Positions 39,780 to 52,229 of a stretch of 64,000 nucleotides of DNA are shown one piece after another. This DNA comes from Octopus sinensis. Its lineage: Eukaryota. Location of the stretch: the NCBI RefSeq assembly GCF_006345805.1, contig NC_042998.1, forward strand, positions 117,800,001 through 117,864,000. The letters are read 5' to 3'. The position numbers were made by a program, and so were the translations under genes. The first letter of the stretch is position 1. Every line of letters starts with the position of its first letter. A model generated the notes under the pieces. That model saw nothing but the letters and a program-made list of their open reading frames with translations, was not told the origin of the DNA and did not search any database.

Positions 39780-41385
39780 TATCATCCACTGATGAGAAGA
39801 GATCAAAGTCAGGAACAGGCCCAGATGGACTTCTATCTGTTCTCTTAAAAGACATGTAAAATAAGGCTCTTGCAAAGCTACTGCAGATAATCTTTCAGAG
39901 TTTCCTTGCATGTGACAAGATTCCCAACATGATAAAAAGGGGCCTGATATACTCTGTCCATAAAGGAGGGAGCAGAGCAGATGCTAAAATCTACAGGCCC
40001 ATCTCTCTGGCCTCATGTGTTAGCAATACAGTGGAACGCATTGCCAGAAAAAGGCTGATCATGTTCCTAGAAGAAAACAACCTTCTCACAAACACACAAC
40101 ATGGCTAATGTCCAGGGAGGAGCTGTCTCACGTAGTTGCTGCAAAACTATGACTGGGTACCGAAGCAACAGCTAAACTAGTCAGCTGTAGACGCGATATA
40201 CCTCGTCTTTGCCAAGGCCTTCGACTAAGTTGATCATAGCATATGTCACCAGCTACGAAACCTTGGTATTGCCGGGAAACTGAAGGGCAGCATTCATACA
40301 GTTGTAGCCAATGGTGCTCACTCTGAAGAGACACTAATTCTCAACCGAGTCCCACAGGGAACTGCACAGGGGCAACTAGTATTTGTGGTGACCCTCTCAG
40401 AAACGCCCTCTGCGGTGAAGTCAGCAAATCTAACCTGTTATGCTGACGACACAAAAGTATTACAGGCAGTAAGGAACCCAGATGACATCATAAAACTGCA
40501 GAAAGACCTGTACGAAATCTCCAAAAGGGCTAACAAAAATAACATGCAGTTCAATGCTAGGAAATTTCAGGTACTCCACTATCGGTCCAACACCAGGCTA
40601 AAATCGGAATACACTGGAGCAGAAGGTAATATGATACCAGAATCAGAGTTGGGGCGTGACCTGGGTTTCACACGAAGAAAGATGCAACATTCTTTGTGCA
40701 TATTCCCAAGATGGTGTGTGGATGGCTGGATTCTGAGTGCAATCAGAACCAGGAAAAGGGAAGCCCTGCAACTCCAGTGGAAGACATTCGTTCTCAGCCG
40801 CTTGGACTACTACTCCCAACTATGGTCCCCAGAGAGTGTGAAACAAACTGTGGAACTCGAAGCAATCCAGTACCAATACACAATGAAGATAGACTCGATA
40901 CAAAAGACGGGCTAGTGTGAGAGGCTAAAGGAGCTGAGTCTCTATTCTCTGGAGAGAATACGAGAGATATGCGGTGATATAATTTAGAAGAACTTGGAGG
41001 GTTTAGCTACCGATTTTGGAATTGACAGCTATACCAATCCTCGAACAGGACGGCAATGCATCATACTAAAGATCCGTCTTCCCTATCTAAAATAAGGACA
41101 CGGTACTGCAATAGCCTGGGTTTCAAGGGCCAGCAATTGTTCAGCATCCTTCCAGACAACCTTAGAGATCTACATGGTGTTGATGGGAACGTTTTCAAGG
41201 AACATCTGGACAGGTTTCTAAGTGCGATACCAGATGACCCCACATCACTGCAGGAGACGCAAAGAAGAGCAGCGCCGTCCAACTCGTTACTTCACCCAAA
41301 ACAATACCGGAAACAACACCGAGTAACTACAGGTGGCAATTACACCAGCATGATCTCAGCCCTGGTCTGAAACCAGTAAAATATA
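39780..41385 (+). mobile_element. Decayed CR1-group LINE RT fragment (related to 24995-26660)
   Basis: HKGGSRADAKIYRPISL, TCYADDTKV, WKTFVLSRLDYYSQLWSP, and RTRYCNSLGFKGQQLFSILP..FKEHLDRFLSAIPDDP. Confidence 0.9.
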
Positions 41386-41392
41386 AAAGAAC

Positions 41393-41423
<31 letters not shown>

Positions 41424-42199
41424 AAAACGTACACATACGTACGCATACACTTATATATACATATATCCATGCATATAGATATCCGCATGCTTATACATAC
41501 ACATAGGCACTCATAGTTTCATACGCATCTATATACATACACACAGATACATTTGGGTGCCCAGTGTATTGTTTATTACTGTATTAAGGTATTCCGTCAA
41601 GGCTACTAATGGTTGGGACGTGGCTGGAGTGATCCTACTGTAATAAGTCATTATCATTTTTTTTGCCTGTATATAGCGTGCAATCTTTTTGAACAATTTG
41701 TTGATAAAACTTACCCTGGTTAACAGAGTGGACAGAGACCTTTCACCGCGCAACCCGATCAACGGGGTTATATGGCTATGTGTGTCTTTTGTCCCACCAC
41801 TAGACACGCAAACACACTCCCACTGTAGATAAACGCCCTAAAACCCCTTTTAAAATCCTAAAAGGACCTCGATCCGGGCGCTCTCTCCCGTATAACAATC
41901 CATCGCGACTCAAACTGATAAACTGTGCTGAATCCCGGGGTTTTCCTCTAACAGATATTATTGATTATAGTTCCATTATATTGCCTAACAAAAGTGGGGG
42001 GGGGGAATCGATTCTCTATTTTACACTCTCACTCACTTTAAACGTTATGGGCTTATTCAAAAGCTTTTTTTTACAATTGTGGACTCTAACTTCCCACGAC
42101 ATCATAAATACCATTGGATTTTCAGCAGATGATCTACTCTGAAATTATTCTACTCGTCTTCGTCCAGTAACGAATCTGAAGTGCAAGCACCTCCGAAAA

Positions 42200-44050
42200 T
42201 CCTTGGCCAACCGGAGATCATTCCAATAGGCCCGGTCTGATAGTATTCTGGAGCAGAGCACCTAAGAATCTCCTAGAGAACGTCACAACTTTCGCTCACC
42301 ACTAACCACCAGAGTGGAAATTCCACCAACCGCATTGCCTAACTCAGAGAGAAATATCAACGCCTAACCACATGGCAGTTTCCGTGCATCGGTCTACGCT
42401 TGATCCAGGACTACACGTGTCTGCGTATCTGTCCTCATTCAGCAGTCCTCATTTAGCAGCTGTTGACAGAAGATGGAGCAACTGACCAGTGAAATACGTC
42501 CCTTCCACAGAAAGCAGAGGAATTTGTGCTCTGGTTTACCCAGACGTGAACTGGGGTTGAACATGACGATCAAGCAGTAACACATAATAGCTGAGATTTT
42601 AGCAAACCTTGCTACCTCTGCGCGACCTTTCAGAGATAGCTTTCTCTTGTTTATTTTGTGGATGCCATCCGGTTCGTCACCTCGTCCAAGTGTTCTTCCA
42701 CTTAGACAATCTAACAAAATCATGCACCGAGCAGTTTAACCGGTCCTTCCGTTCAGCCTCTTATGATGTTATTGCACGGCATTAACCTTCCTCTCTAGGT
42801 GCCCAGCTGCAGGCCCAAAGATTTCTCGTGATTAATTTTTTATCCTGTCACCGCCTAATATTCTTTTAGCACAGTGCCGATCTAAATGCATGATGTTCGA
42901 CACTATGATAGTCACTCTGTCCACATATACCGACACGGTTCTCTCTCGTCCTAGTTCGAACGGAACGTTTCTTTGAACGCCTCTAATTTCCGTAGACGTG
43001 ACCCGAGCCAGTACATATAGAAGGGACGAAGGAGAACACTCTTGTTGGACCGAGTGTATGATGCTGAAAGGTTCTGATAGGTAACCATTAACCCGAACTA
43101 TCGAGGAAATGTCACTGTATATTGCGGCAATCCAGCCACAAGAAACAGGACCGCTAACGGCTGCCGTGAAAACAGCCACCAACTATTGGTGGTCGATCCT
43201 ACCGAAGGCTTTTGATTGAAATTCAACTGGGCGTACGGGTGCCAACTTCTTTACCCACGCTAGCTTTGATGTAATGCATGAGGTGGAGGTTTTATCGTGG
43301 ACAGATCTGCTTGGTATGGCGCATGTTAACGAATCACCCATTATTTCTTCGACGACAAGCAGCAACCTCTTTCTTACCACCTCGGCCAATATTCTGAAAT
43401 CTGCACTTAGCTGCGCCATGGGCCAAATATTTTCTATTTGATGCCCCTTGTTTTGGGTCCTTTCTCAGCAGTACCATCACAACTCACCTCATAGAACTAG
43501 AGTTTCTTCCGTTCGGCTCCCATATAGATATCTAGTAGATATCTGGTAAGAGTCTGCCAAACATGTCTGACTTATAAATGTAAAGGACTAACCTTGCAAG
43601 TGAAGTGATTTTCACCCTGTGCAGACCATAATCACATCTCATATTTCTGCGGTCGTTAACAGGCTTTCGCAACACCAAGCACCCTGGCCGAGTGTCGTGA
43701 CATGCAGCCAATGTGCGAACTGAAGTCCATTTTGCGTTCCGGACTGCCATTTCTCGCAAAGAGTTTACCCAAGTGCTGCTGAAATGCTGCACACGTCTCT
43801 GAGGACTATAGTATCGAACGTTCAATTTAGTCCACCTAAGGCCGAAATATAGCTTTGTTATAAACTTGCGCTTTGCAACTCGGCTCTATCAACTGGCTTT
43901 TGTTACATCGTTTCTTATACCATGCGCCTTAGATCAAACAATACAGCCTTCACACTTAGCGTTGAATTGGTCCAGGGCCAATATCACAATTCCGACGCCT
44001 TTCCTAAACGCCTGTTCTAAGTTTCTATGTTTCCCTGTATAATCTTGCTG
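42200..44050 (-). mobile_element. Decayed L1/Tx1-clade LINE RT fragment
   Basis: VLLRKDPKQG, ADFRILAEVV, TCAIPSRSVHD, QSKAFGRIDHQ, GWIAAIYS..VRVNGYLSEPFSI..SVQQECSPSSLLYVL and VSVYVDRVTIIV; heavily disrupted. Confidence 0.85.
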
Positions 44051-44379
44051 TCGCTAATGCCTTACAAAACATAATTGATTCTACGCTATTTTTAACGGAG
44101 AAACACAATTTTATGTTGAAAATTTTCCTAGACAATTAAATTACGATTGATTTACATAAAATTTTAGTTACCTACAAAACATACCTCGCCAAATACTACT
44201 ATTATATCGCCATTATACTGAAGAAGTTCCAAATTCAATATCCAATTAATAAAGTGTATACATGCATGGGAACAGAGCAGCACAGACATACACACGCACA
44301 TATTCGTGTATTTGTGTGAGTGAGTTTGTGTGTGTGTGTTTGTATATATGTATGTGTGTGTGCGTGGTGCGTGTGTTTA

Positions 44380-45150
44380 CACGATGGTCACCTGATGATC
44401 TCATATGCTGACCGAAATTATTTCATAGAATTTGACCAAAGGAGTTTTATTTTTGATCGTAGTACCTCTTGCGGTCCATACACTTCTTACATCGGTTGCT
44501 GCAATGTTTGTATTCCATTGGCGAAGATGTCGTCATCCTGCTGCTCATAAGATACATCAACATCATATTTGACATCATCTTCCCTGCGATACTGGTTTCC
44601 AGCCAAGTGTTGTTTCCATGTGGCAGAAGAGATGATTGTCAGATGCAGCCAAATCAGGAGAGTTCGTGAATGATCAAGCAGTTCAAAGCTACAGTCACGC
44701 ACAGCAACCTTTGAAAGAGGAACGTGTGTGCTTGATAGTTGTTCTGATGAGACAAGTTCCCTTCAGATTTCCGAAGCATTTGTTCTTCAGAGCCTTTCGT
44801 AACTGCTTCAGCAATTTCTCATAATACTTTCCATTGATACTGTGACTGTTTTGATGATAGTCAATAAACACTAGCTTTTCATTTAAGTTCATTATGCAGA
44901 ATATTCTCAACACCCTTATGGGATATGCCATTAGCATTAGCTATTTGATCTGTAGCCAATCGCCTGACGTCCATCACGTATTGTTTACACGATCAATGTT
45001 TACCTCGGTTTTAGGAGTTAGAGGATGTCAAGACATTAGGTCATCTTCAACACTATTCCTTCCCTCCTAAATTAGTCTGCTCACCTTTGCACAGGTGATA
45101 CGCTATAGTGTACTCTCGTAATATAGCAACCAAGTTGAACATTCAAATAT
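44380..45150 (-). mobile_element. Internally deleted, decayed mariner relic (third lineage)
   Basis: DVRRLATDQIANA..NILHNEL is fused directly to VFIDY..INGKYYEKLLKQLRKALK, followed by SPDLAASDNHLF. There is a TIR-like end ACGATGGTCACCTGATGATCTCATATGCTGACC at ~44381. Confidence 0.8.
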
Positions 45151-45298
45151 CAGTGTAGTTGGAAAAAAAAAACAATTAATAATAAGAGGTAATATTAATG
45201 CGCATAAGACTTCGGAGCTCTAGTCTCACTCCTTCACATTCATCGTATAGTCTTTTCAGCACATCCTATTGTATGTGTGTGTACACTTACACATGCAC

Positions 45299-45337
<39 letters not shown>

Positions 45338-45480
45338 CACACATGATTATATATATATATGTGTGTGTGTGTGTGTATGTGTACATATATATATATGTGT
45401 GTGTTTATATTCATATATACATACACATGTATACATATATTCAAACTAATAAACTGACACCAACACACACATACACACAA

Positions 45481-45528
<48 letters not shown>

Positions 45529-48189
45529 GCTGTGTTATTCATAGTAGTTTAGCGAATTAATTTTACGATATTTCTACGATAAATTTTGTTTTCTTTAAAA
45601 ACTGGCACTATCAAATTGCATTTATTTCCATAATATTTATTTTGGTTCAATACATTCCACATACGACCAATACACATTTCTGAAGTTCCTATTTATGAAT
45701 AAAAGCGCATGTCACTCAGAAAGTTATGATAAAATTCACTGTATATTTTATAGTTGAATATCTCTTAATTACTCCTATAGAATTATTCATTGTTGATTTG
45801 CAAATCAATGCAATATATTTTTATCGGACTAAATTGTTTGACGAATAAAATTGGAAACCTTATACTATTTCAGCGGTAGCGTGCCAAATTCTTTATGCTT
45901 AAATCATATTATTATGTAAATTCAGAAAATGAAGTCTCTCTTGCATCGAATTCACGACATATAGCTTATAATTACAACATATTCGCACGGTATAAATTAT
46001 CTTGAGGATTGTATGGGTTTCATTATGCTACTGGGGGTTTTCTTAGATATTTTGGTGCCTTACAAATGAACGAAAACATGTATAGTTTTGGATACAAGGA
46101 TCCTCTTTTATTCACAGAAATTTAATGATGAAAATATGTTTTCATTATTTTACATCAAAGCAAAAGGTGAAAGAATGAAATCCCTTAGTTATCAATTTGC
46201 ATAAAACCATGTATTTATTTTGTTATAATAGACTCATGATCGACTGGGAACAACTAATCTTTATAATTAAAGACATTTTGACCATGGCCATATCAAAGTT
46301 AGAGAATCCGGTAATCGATTGTTCTGTCAATCCTTCCCTTTTTATAGGAAAAGTTTGGCCTGTATTTCTATCATATCATGCAAGCAAATAGCAGTTCTCC
46401 GTTTTCCACACCATAGTATTTGTTGCTATTAAACAGCCATAGGACTGCTAAAAATGAACTGAAGAAGAAAGAAGGCATTGTAACCATGATCACATCTAAT
46501 ATCATATTTTTATGTGTACTTTCCATTGACTGAAGCCTATGAGATTTAGACATTTGTTTCTACTGTTCCTGTTACGTTAAGAGAATCCTCCATGATTCAC
46601 ATATGACGGTAAAATGAAACATGTGAAATATTGGCACTTAACTGCTGGTTACACAAATTAATATCTATCCAACTGAAATCAATTGAAATATTTACAGTAC
46701 GAGCTGATAAGTAGTTTTCTAAAATATTAACGATGACATGTAAATATTTTCTTTCTGTATAATGTTTATTATTAGCTGTATCATGATAGGAAAGAAAAAA
46801 TCACCCCCCCCCAGTGGCATCATAGTAACAATTTTAATTAAGCAACTCTATTATGAACTTGTGGGCGTATTATAAATATTACTTAGTATTTGTAGACATC
46901 CAGAAAATGCATTTATTTTGATATTGCTGGAGTAAACACCTTTTAGAGTATATACCTTTAATTCCAAAATCAGTTTACCTTATGCATATGGTAGAAGCAA
47001 CAGGGCATAGTTTGTGCAATGTCTTCATAAATATAGTAACGATATAAATATATAGTAAATACAAATAAAATGCTTCTAAATCTTGGACTTATAAAAATGA
47101 CTTTTAATCAGACTTTTGCGCATTATTTAATTCGAATAGAGAAGTAATTGCTTTTTCTTTCTTTTTTGACTTAGCAGCGCTTCCCATTTTATCTAGAAAC
47201 GGGTATTAACCTTATTGAAAACAAGTGCTTTAATAATATAAATTTGAATTAATTATTTACGTTTATTATCATTTCGTTTTATATAATTACTTCAAACATT
47301 CATCATCATTAATTATATTAAATTTGTAAATAATTCAGTTGAAATTGCACGGTAGTATATATATATATATATTTTATACTAGTCGATAGACGAAGAAAAG
47401 TGTTCAAGATTTCCAGTAGGCTGCAAACTATGGAGTTTAAGGATCCACGACACCTGAAAAAATACCTTCTCAAACTAGATACATTAACTGAAGGCCTGCA
47501 ACAGTACGAGCACTACTAAATTTCAACAAGCGTAACATATGCCTCTATACAGTAGGAGATACAGCCGATTCTACGTCTTTCGATATAGTTTCCGGCTAAC
47601 TTAAAAGTTGAGTTATTGGCAAGCTCTGGTTGATATAACTAGGCCTAGGTGCAGATGTTTGAATGTGCCCGGAGACATGGGATAATGAATACAATTTTGA
47701 TGGCAGATAAAATAATTTCTATTGAAATGACTAAGACGTTATGGTATATTTCTCTGACCGGTAATAGAAACGGTTAAGAAGCTATTTCTTCAAATCTGAG
47801 CGTTAACACAATTTCATTATAGAAGGCTATTCATAAAATCGCCAAAGCACATATTTCATTATGATTCTTACATTCATTATAATGGATTACGTTTCACGAT
47901 AGGCATCTATAAAAGTCATGAAAAGCGAACGAGAATTCTATCAGCTTTAATTCAGAAAAAATATAGTAGAAAACTACACTCCAGAAGAAAGCGTTCTCGT
48001 TCTTTTGTCGGTGCAAATTTATAAACAGTATATATGTATGTATATATGCATGTATGTATGTATGAATGGAGGGAGGGATGGATGGATGGATGGTTTCTTT
48101 TTGAGTTTTAAAGCTCATACGAAGGTTCAAGTCGGTTGCTAACAAATCGACAAACTTTATGAGTTAATAAGGTACTTGGTGCTTGTAAA

Positions 48190-49000
48190 TATGTGGGTGA
48201 GTTGGTGCGTCAGTTGAACTGAGTTTGTATACACCCAAATATGTGCATCTTTCTAGCGGATAGTATTGTAAATAGTCTTTGCTATTATACCATGCCCCAG
48301 GAGCAGATAGAATATCGTAGACATTTTAGGGCAGCTGCTGTGACGTGAGTGATATCTTCCACACTAGTATAGCAGACTCGACATTTTTCATCACAATGTG
48401 AAGGTTTGGTATTATCATTGTCCCTCTTATTTATCATGCATTTAGTAGCTATCTCTTGTTCCTAGGTAGCGAAAACATATTCTTCTAGGTGGGATGTAAC
48501 GTATATATTCTGGGAGAAGCTATTCTTTATGTTAATGCTGTTCTCGCTCCTTGGTTTCGGGATATGTCCCCATGCATTCCTTCTAGCTGGCATAATGCCT
48601 ACATCTCCTCCAATCTTACTTCTTTTCGGTCGCATGACGCCGCTGTATTCTCAGAGTACCTGCACAGTAGTACTTCTCTAAGTCTGAAAATGTTGTTGCT
48701 CTCACTTTTGCTTGTGCTTAGAATCTGCTCCTTTCTTTATTTACTGTTTCGCAGGTGTTATCTGAGTAGCAAAATGCGAACACTCAAAGGTTGTTCTGAC
48801 TGATCTTATGCCTCTGCCACCATCTCAAACCGATCCTATCGATGTCACAGTTAATATGGAAGATGTCAGTGTTGCTACTAGCACTGGCACTGCAAACGCG
48901 TTATTTTTTTTTCATTAAATTCGAACAGTTCTGAATTCCATATTTTCCTTTGTCTATAAAGGTACTCTTTATACATAATCTTATTATCCTATTAGCTCTT
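48190..49000 (-). mobile_element. Decayed RLE-type (R4/Dong-like) LINE fragment: thumb and CCHC knuckle
   Basis: NNAFAVPVL, DGGRGIRSVRTTFE, EQEIATKCMINKR and CDEKCRVCYTSVEDITHV on the minus strand; not captured by the ORF track. Confidence 0.8.
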
Positions 49001-50328
49001 AATGCATAAACTTATTATCAGGAACTGTAGGAGGATACAAACTTGAGCATGGCATGGGTTGACTATCGGAAAGCTTACGATATGATACCACACTCCTGGA
49101 TAATAAGAACAGTGGAAATGTATGGTGTAGCAGAGAATATGAGAAGACTTTTATGGAATAGCATGAAATACTGGAGAACGGAATAGACAGCTGGGAAACA
49201 AATACTGGAGAGGTGGAAATCAAGAAAGGAATCTTCCAGGGGGACATTGTGTCCCCACATATATTCGTGCTGGGAACGGTCGCCTTGAGTGAAATAATAC
49301 AGTTGGGGTATGATCTGGGATGCGGTAAAGGAAAACTAAACCACTTGCTATTGATCGACGAAGAGAGGCTATTTACAAACACTGAAGCAGATGTGGACAT
49401 AGCACTCCCTGAATGTGCTATGATAGTGATGAGACGAGAAGAGCTTGCCAGGACAGAAGGCATATGATTGCCAAATGGTGAAATGATTAAGGTATTATAA
49501 ATACTTGGGAATACCTGAGGCAGATGGAATCAAACACCACAACATAAAGGAAAATACCTTCATATTGTAGTGTACCATCGGCGAGTGAGAAGAATATTGG
49601 CTTCAAAGCTGAATGCCAGAAATATAATTCTGGCAATAAGAACTCGCGCAGTTGAAGTAGATCGATATAGCGCACGAATCCTGAAGTGGACAGAGGAGGA
49701 GCGAAAGCAGATGAACAGGAAGTCAAGAAAGCTCCTAAGAATGCATGAAGCCCATCACCCATGTGCAGACAGTGATCGCCTATACATGAAGTGAGTAAAT
49801 GGAGGAAGGGGATTGATATGTGTGGAAGACTGCGTGCGTTTCGAACACGAGAGTTTAACGAAATATCTAACCCAAAGTAAGGAAACCCTGCTAGTGACAG
49901 TTAGGAGCGTTGAAGTATTGAGAGCAGAGGAAAAGGGAAAGTAGAGGAAGTACAAAAAGGACATGAAGAAGAAATACGTAAGAAGGGGCTACACAATCAA
50001 TTCCATGCAGCCACAACAAACGTTGCTAGAAAAAATAGGTAGGATCAGCTGATTAAAAGAACCCCCAAAAAAGAGGCCGAGTGCACTGCACTGGCAGCGC
50101 AGGGTCAAGATTCGGCCACGAACTGGAGTTTCAACTTGAGCAAAGAGCACTGTTTCCGTCGTGTCGCATCTGCAATGGAGTGGATGAAATCATTGCCCAT
50201 ATAACGAACGAATGCCTTACACTTGCCCAAAATGACGACCAGGTACGAAATAGCCCGGAAGGGAAAATAAAGAAGGTGAAGATAGTACCAATTGGGTCCT
50301 TGGAAATTTATCAGAGGAATATATTCCT
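49000..50328 (+). mobile_element. Decayed, internally deleted R4/Dong-like LINE RT fragment
   Basis: LSMAWVDYRKAYDMIPHSWI, KKGIFQGDIVSP, RRILASKLNARNIILAI, ADSDRLYMK, GGRGLICVEDC and CRICNGVDEIIAHI. Confidence 0.88.
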
Positions 50329-50421
50329 TTTGATGCATTCTGATACAATTTCCAAGGACCCAACAATAATTGGCGCTATCTTCACCTTCTTTATTTTCCC
50401 TTCCCTGGCTATTTCATATCT
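50241..50421. repeat. Fold-back inverted duplication of the LINE RLE C-terminus
   Basis: The arm GAAATAGCC..GGAAGGGAAAATAAAGAAGGTGAAGATAG..TTGGGTCCTTGGAAATT is present on both strands around the palindrome AGGAATATATTCCT (50315-50328). Confidence 0.9.
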
Positions 50422-50639
50422 AAGCAAGAGGAATATAAAGGAAATATGAATAGAGTGCCCAATAGAACTATTACAAAAGCTTTGCCTCATTGGCACGGTC
50501 TGAATAATCAGTAAAGTATTAGATTGCTGAAAAGTACAAATAGCATGGTACTGTAAGCTGCAGGTAGTAAGCTCGCTATGCATATATGACTCCAGGAGCC
50601 ACAACAAACCTGTAATAAAGAAATGATATAAAGGATATC

Positions 50640-50822
50640 AATAATAATAATAAAATAATAATAATAATAATAATAAATGGCGGTGCCCCAGAATGGCCAC
50701 AGCTCATAAGCTGAAACTGGAAAAATCAAAATCAAATCATAATAATAAAAATAATGATGCTGATAATAATGCTGATAATAATGATAATAATAATAATGAT
50801 AATAATATAATAATATATAATA

Positions 50823-50854
<32 letters not shown>

Positions 50855-50983
50855 TAATAATAGTAATAGTAATAATATAATAATAATAATATAATAGTGA
50901 TGCTGATAATAATAATGATAATAATGATAATAATGATAATAAAATAATAATAATAATGATATAATAATAAATAATAATAATAA

Positions 50984-51017
<34 letters not shown>

Positions 51018-51155
51018 TAATAATAATAAATAATAATAATAATAATAATAATAAATAATAATAATATATAATAATAATAATATAATAATAATAAATAATA
51101 ATAATAATATAGTGATGCTGATAATAATAATGATAATAATGATAATATAATAATA

Positions 51156-51186
<31 letters not shown>

Positions 51187-51246
51187 TATAATAGTGATAA
51201 TAATAATAATAATAATAATAAATAATAATAATAATATATAATAGTG

Positions 51247-51284
<38 letters not shown>

Positions 51285-51355
51285 TAATATAATATAATAA
51301 TAAAATAATAATAATAATAATAGTGATAATAATAATAGTAATAATAATAATAAGA
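50640..51355. repeat. ~700 bp (AAT)n-derived array with recurrent variant blocks
   Basis: AAT/ATA units with repeated GATGCTGATAATAAT and ATAGTGATAATAAT motifs. A short non-repetitive insert lies at ~50677-50740. Confidence 0.95.
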
Positions 51356-52229
51356 AGAAGAAGAAGAGAAGGCGGCTGGACGTGACAGAGGATGGACGTA
51401 TTTTTACGATGCTCTGAACTGGCAACAGCGAACCCAGCAGGTCAACTGTAGAAAACTGGAAGATGTACTGTTTTCTGTAAGTAATTTGAATTACCCTCAA
51501 AATAAGTAAAAAAAAAAAAACTTACATATCTACAGCTCATACAAACGTACACCTAACAAGAAAAATTAGAAACATAAATATCTCCAATTCTGTGTGAACA
51601 TTTACATTTAGTCGTCTCTCATGACTATAAGAATGTGTAAAATTGCCTTTTAAATTACCTTTTATTGTAACAACACAATTAAATGCACGATAAAAAGTTA
51701 TGGAATTAAGCACCTACTACTATATACATACAACTGAATTCAGAAATTTAAAAATATATACATAACATTGAACTCAGAAAGTTATTTAAAAAAAAGAAAA
51801 AAAAATCTTCGACGAAAACATCAGATAATATGTGTGAGTGAATATACATATATATACATATACATATGCATGTGGTGAAGAAGAAAAGAGAACGGGAAAG
51901 AAAAAAAAAATAAATAAATAAACGTAAACAGGTTTGACCTTTTACTGACCATTAACGTCCTTTGTCTCCACCATCTACCGTGGCTATTTATAGAGCCAAA
52001 GAACATGAATTCTTTAACCACCCATTCTCCAACACAATGGAGTGTTGATGGTGGCTGTGGCAACACATTGAAGATGATGATGGTGATGGTGATGTTGCTG
52101 ATGATGGTGATGGTGGGGAAGATGATAGTAATAACAATAATAACTGACAGATCCCGTCTTTTTCCCTTTCTTTTCGTTTCCTTCTCCGTATTTTATTCTC
52201 ATTATTTCGAACTAATACAGACACAGTAA

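Noticed and set aside
41555-41992. Possible solo LTR (TG..CA ends, AATAAA near one end)
   Set aside because: No target-site duplication and no second copy in the window; left unassigned.
51354-51476. 41-codon open frame (..RGWTYFYDALNWQQRTQQVNCRKLEDVLFS) ending at a GTAAGT donor
   Set aside because: No polypyrimidine acceptor upstream (purine/AAT repeat) and no recognisable homology.
50508-51500. 330 aa minus-strand ORF
   Set aside because: It is almost entirely the (ATT)n array read as poly-I/L/Y.
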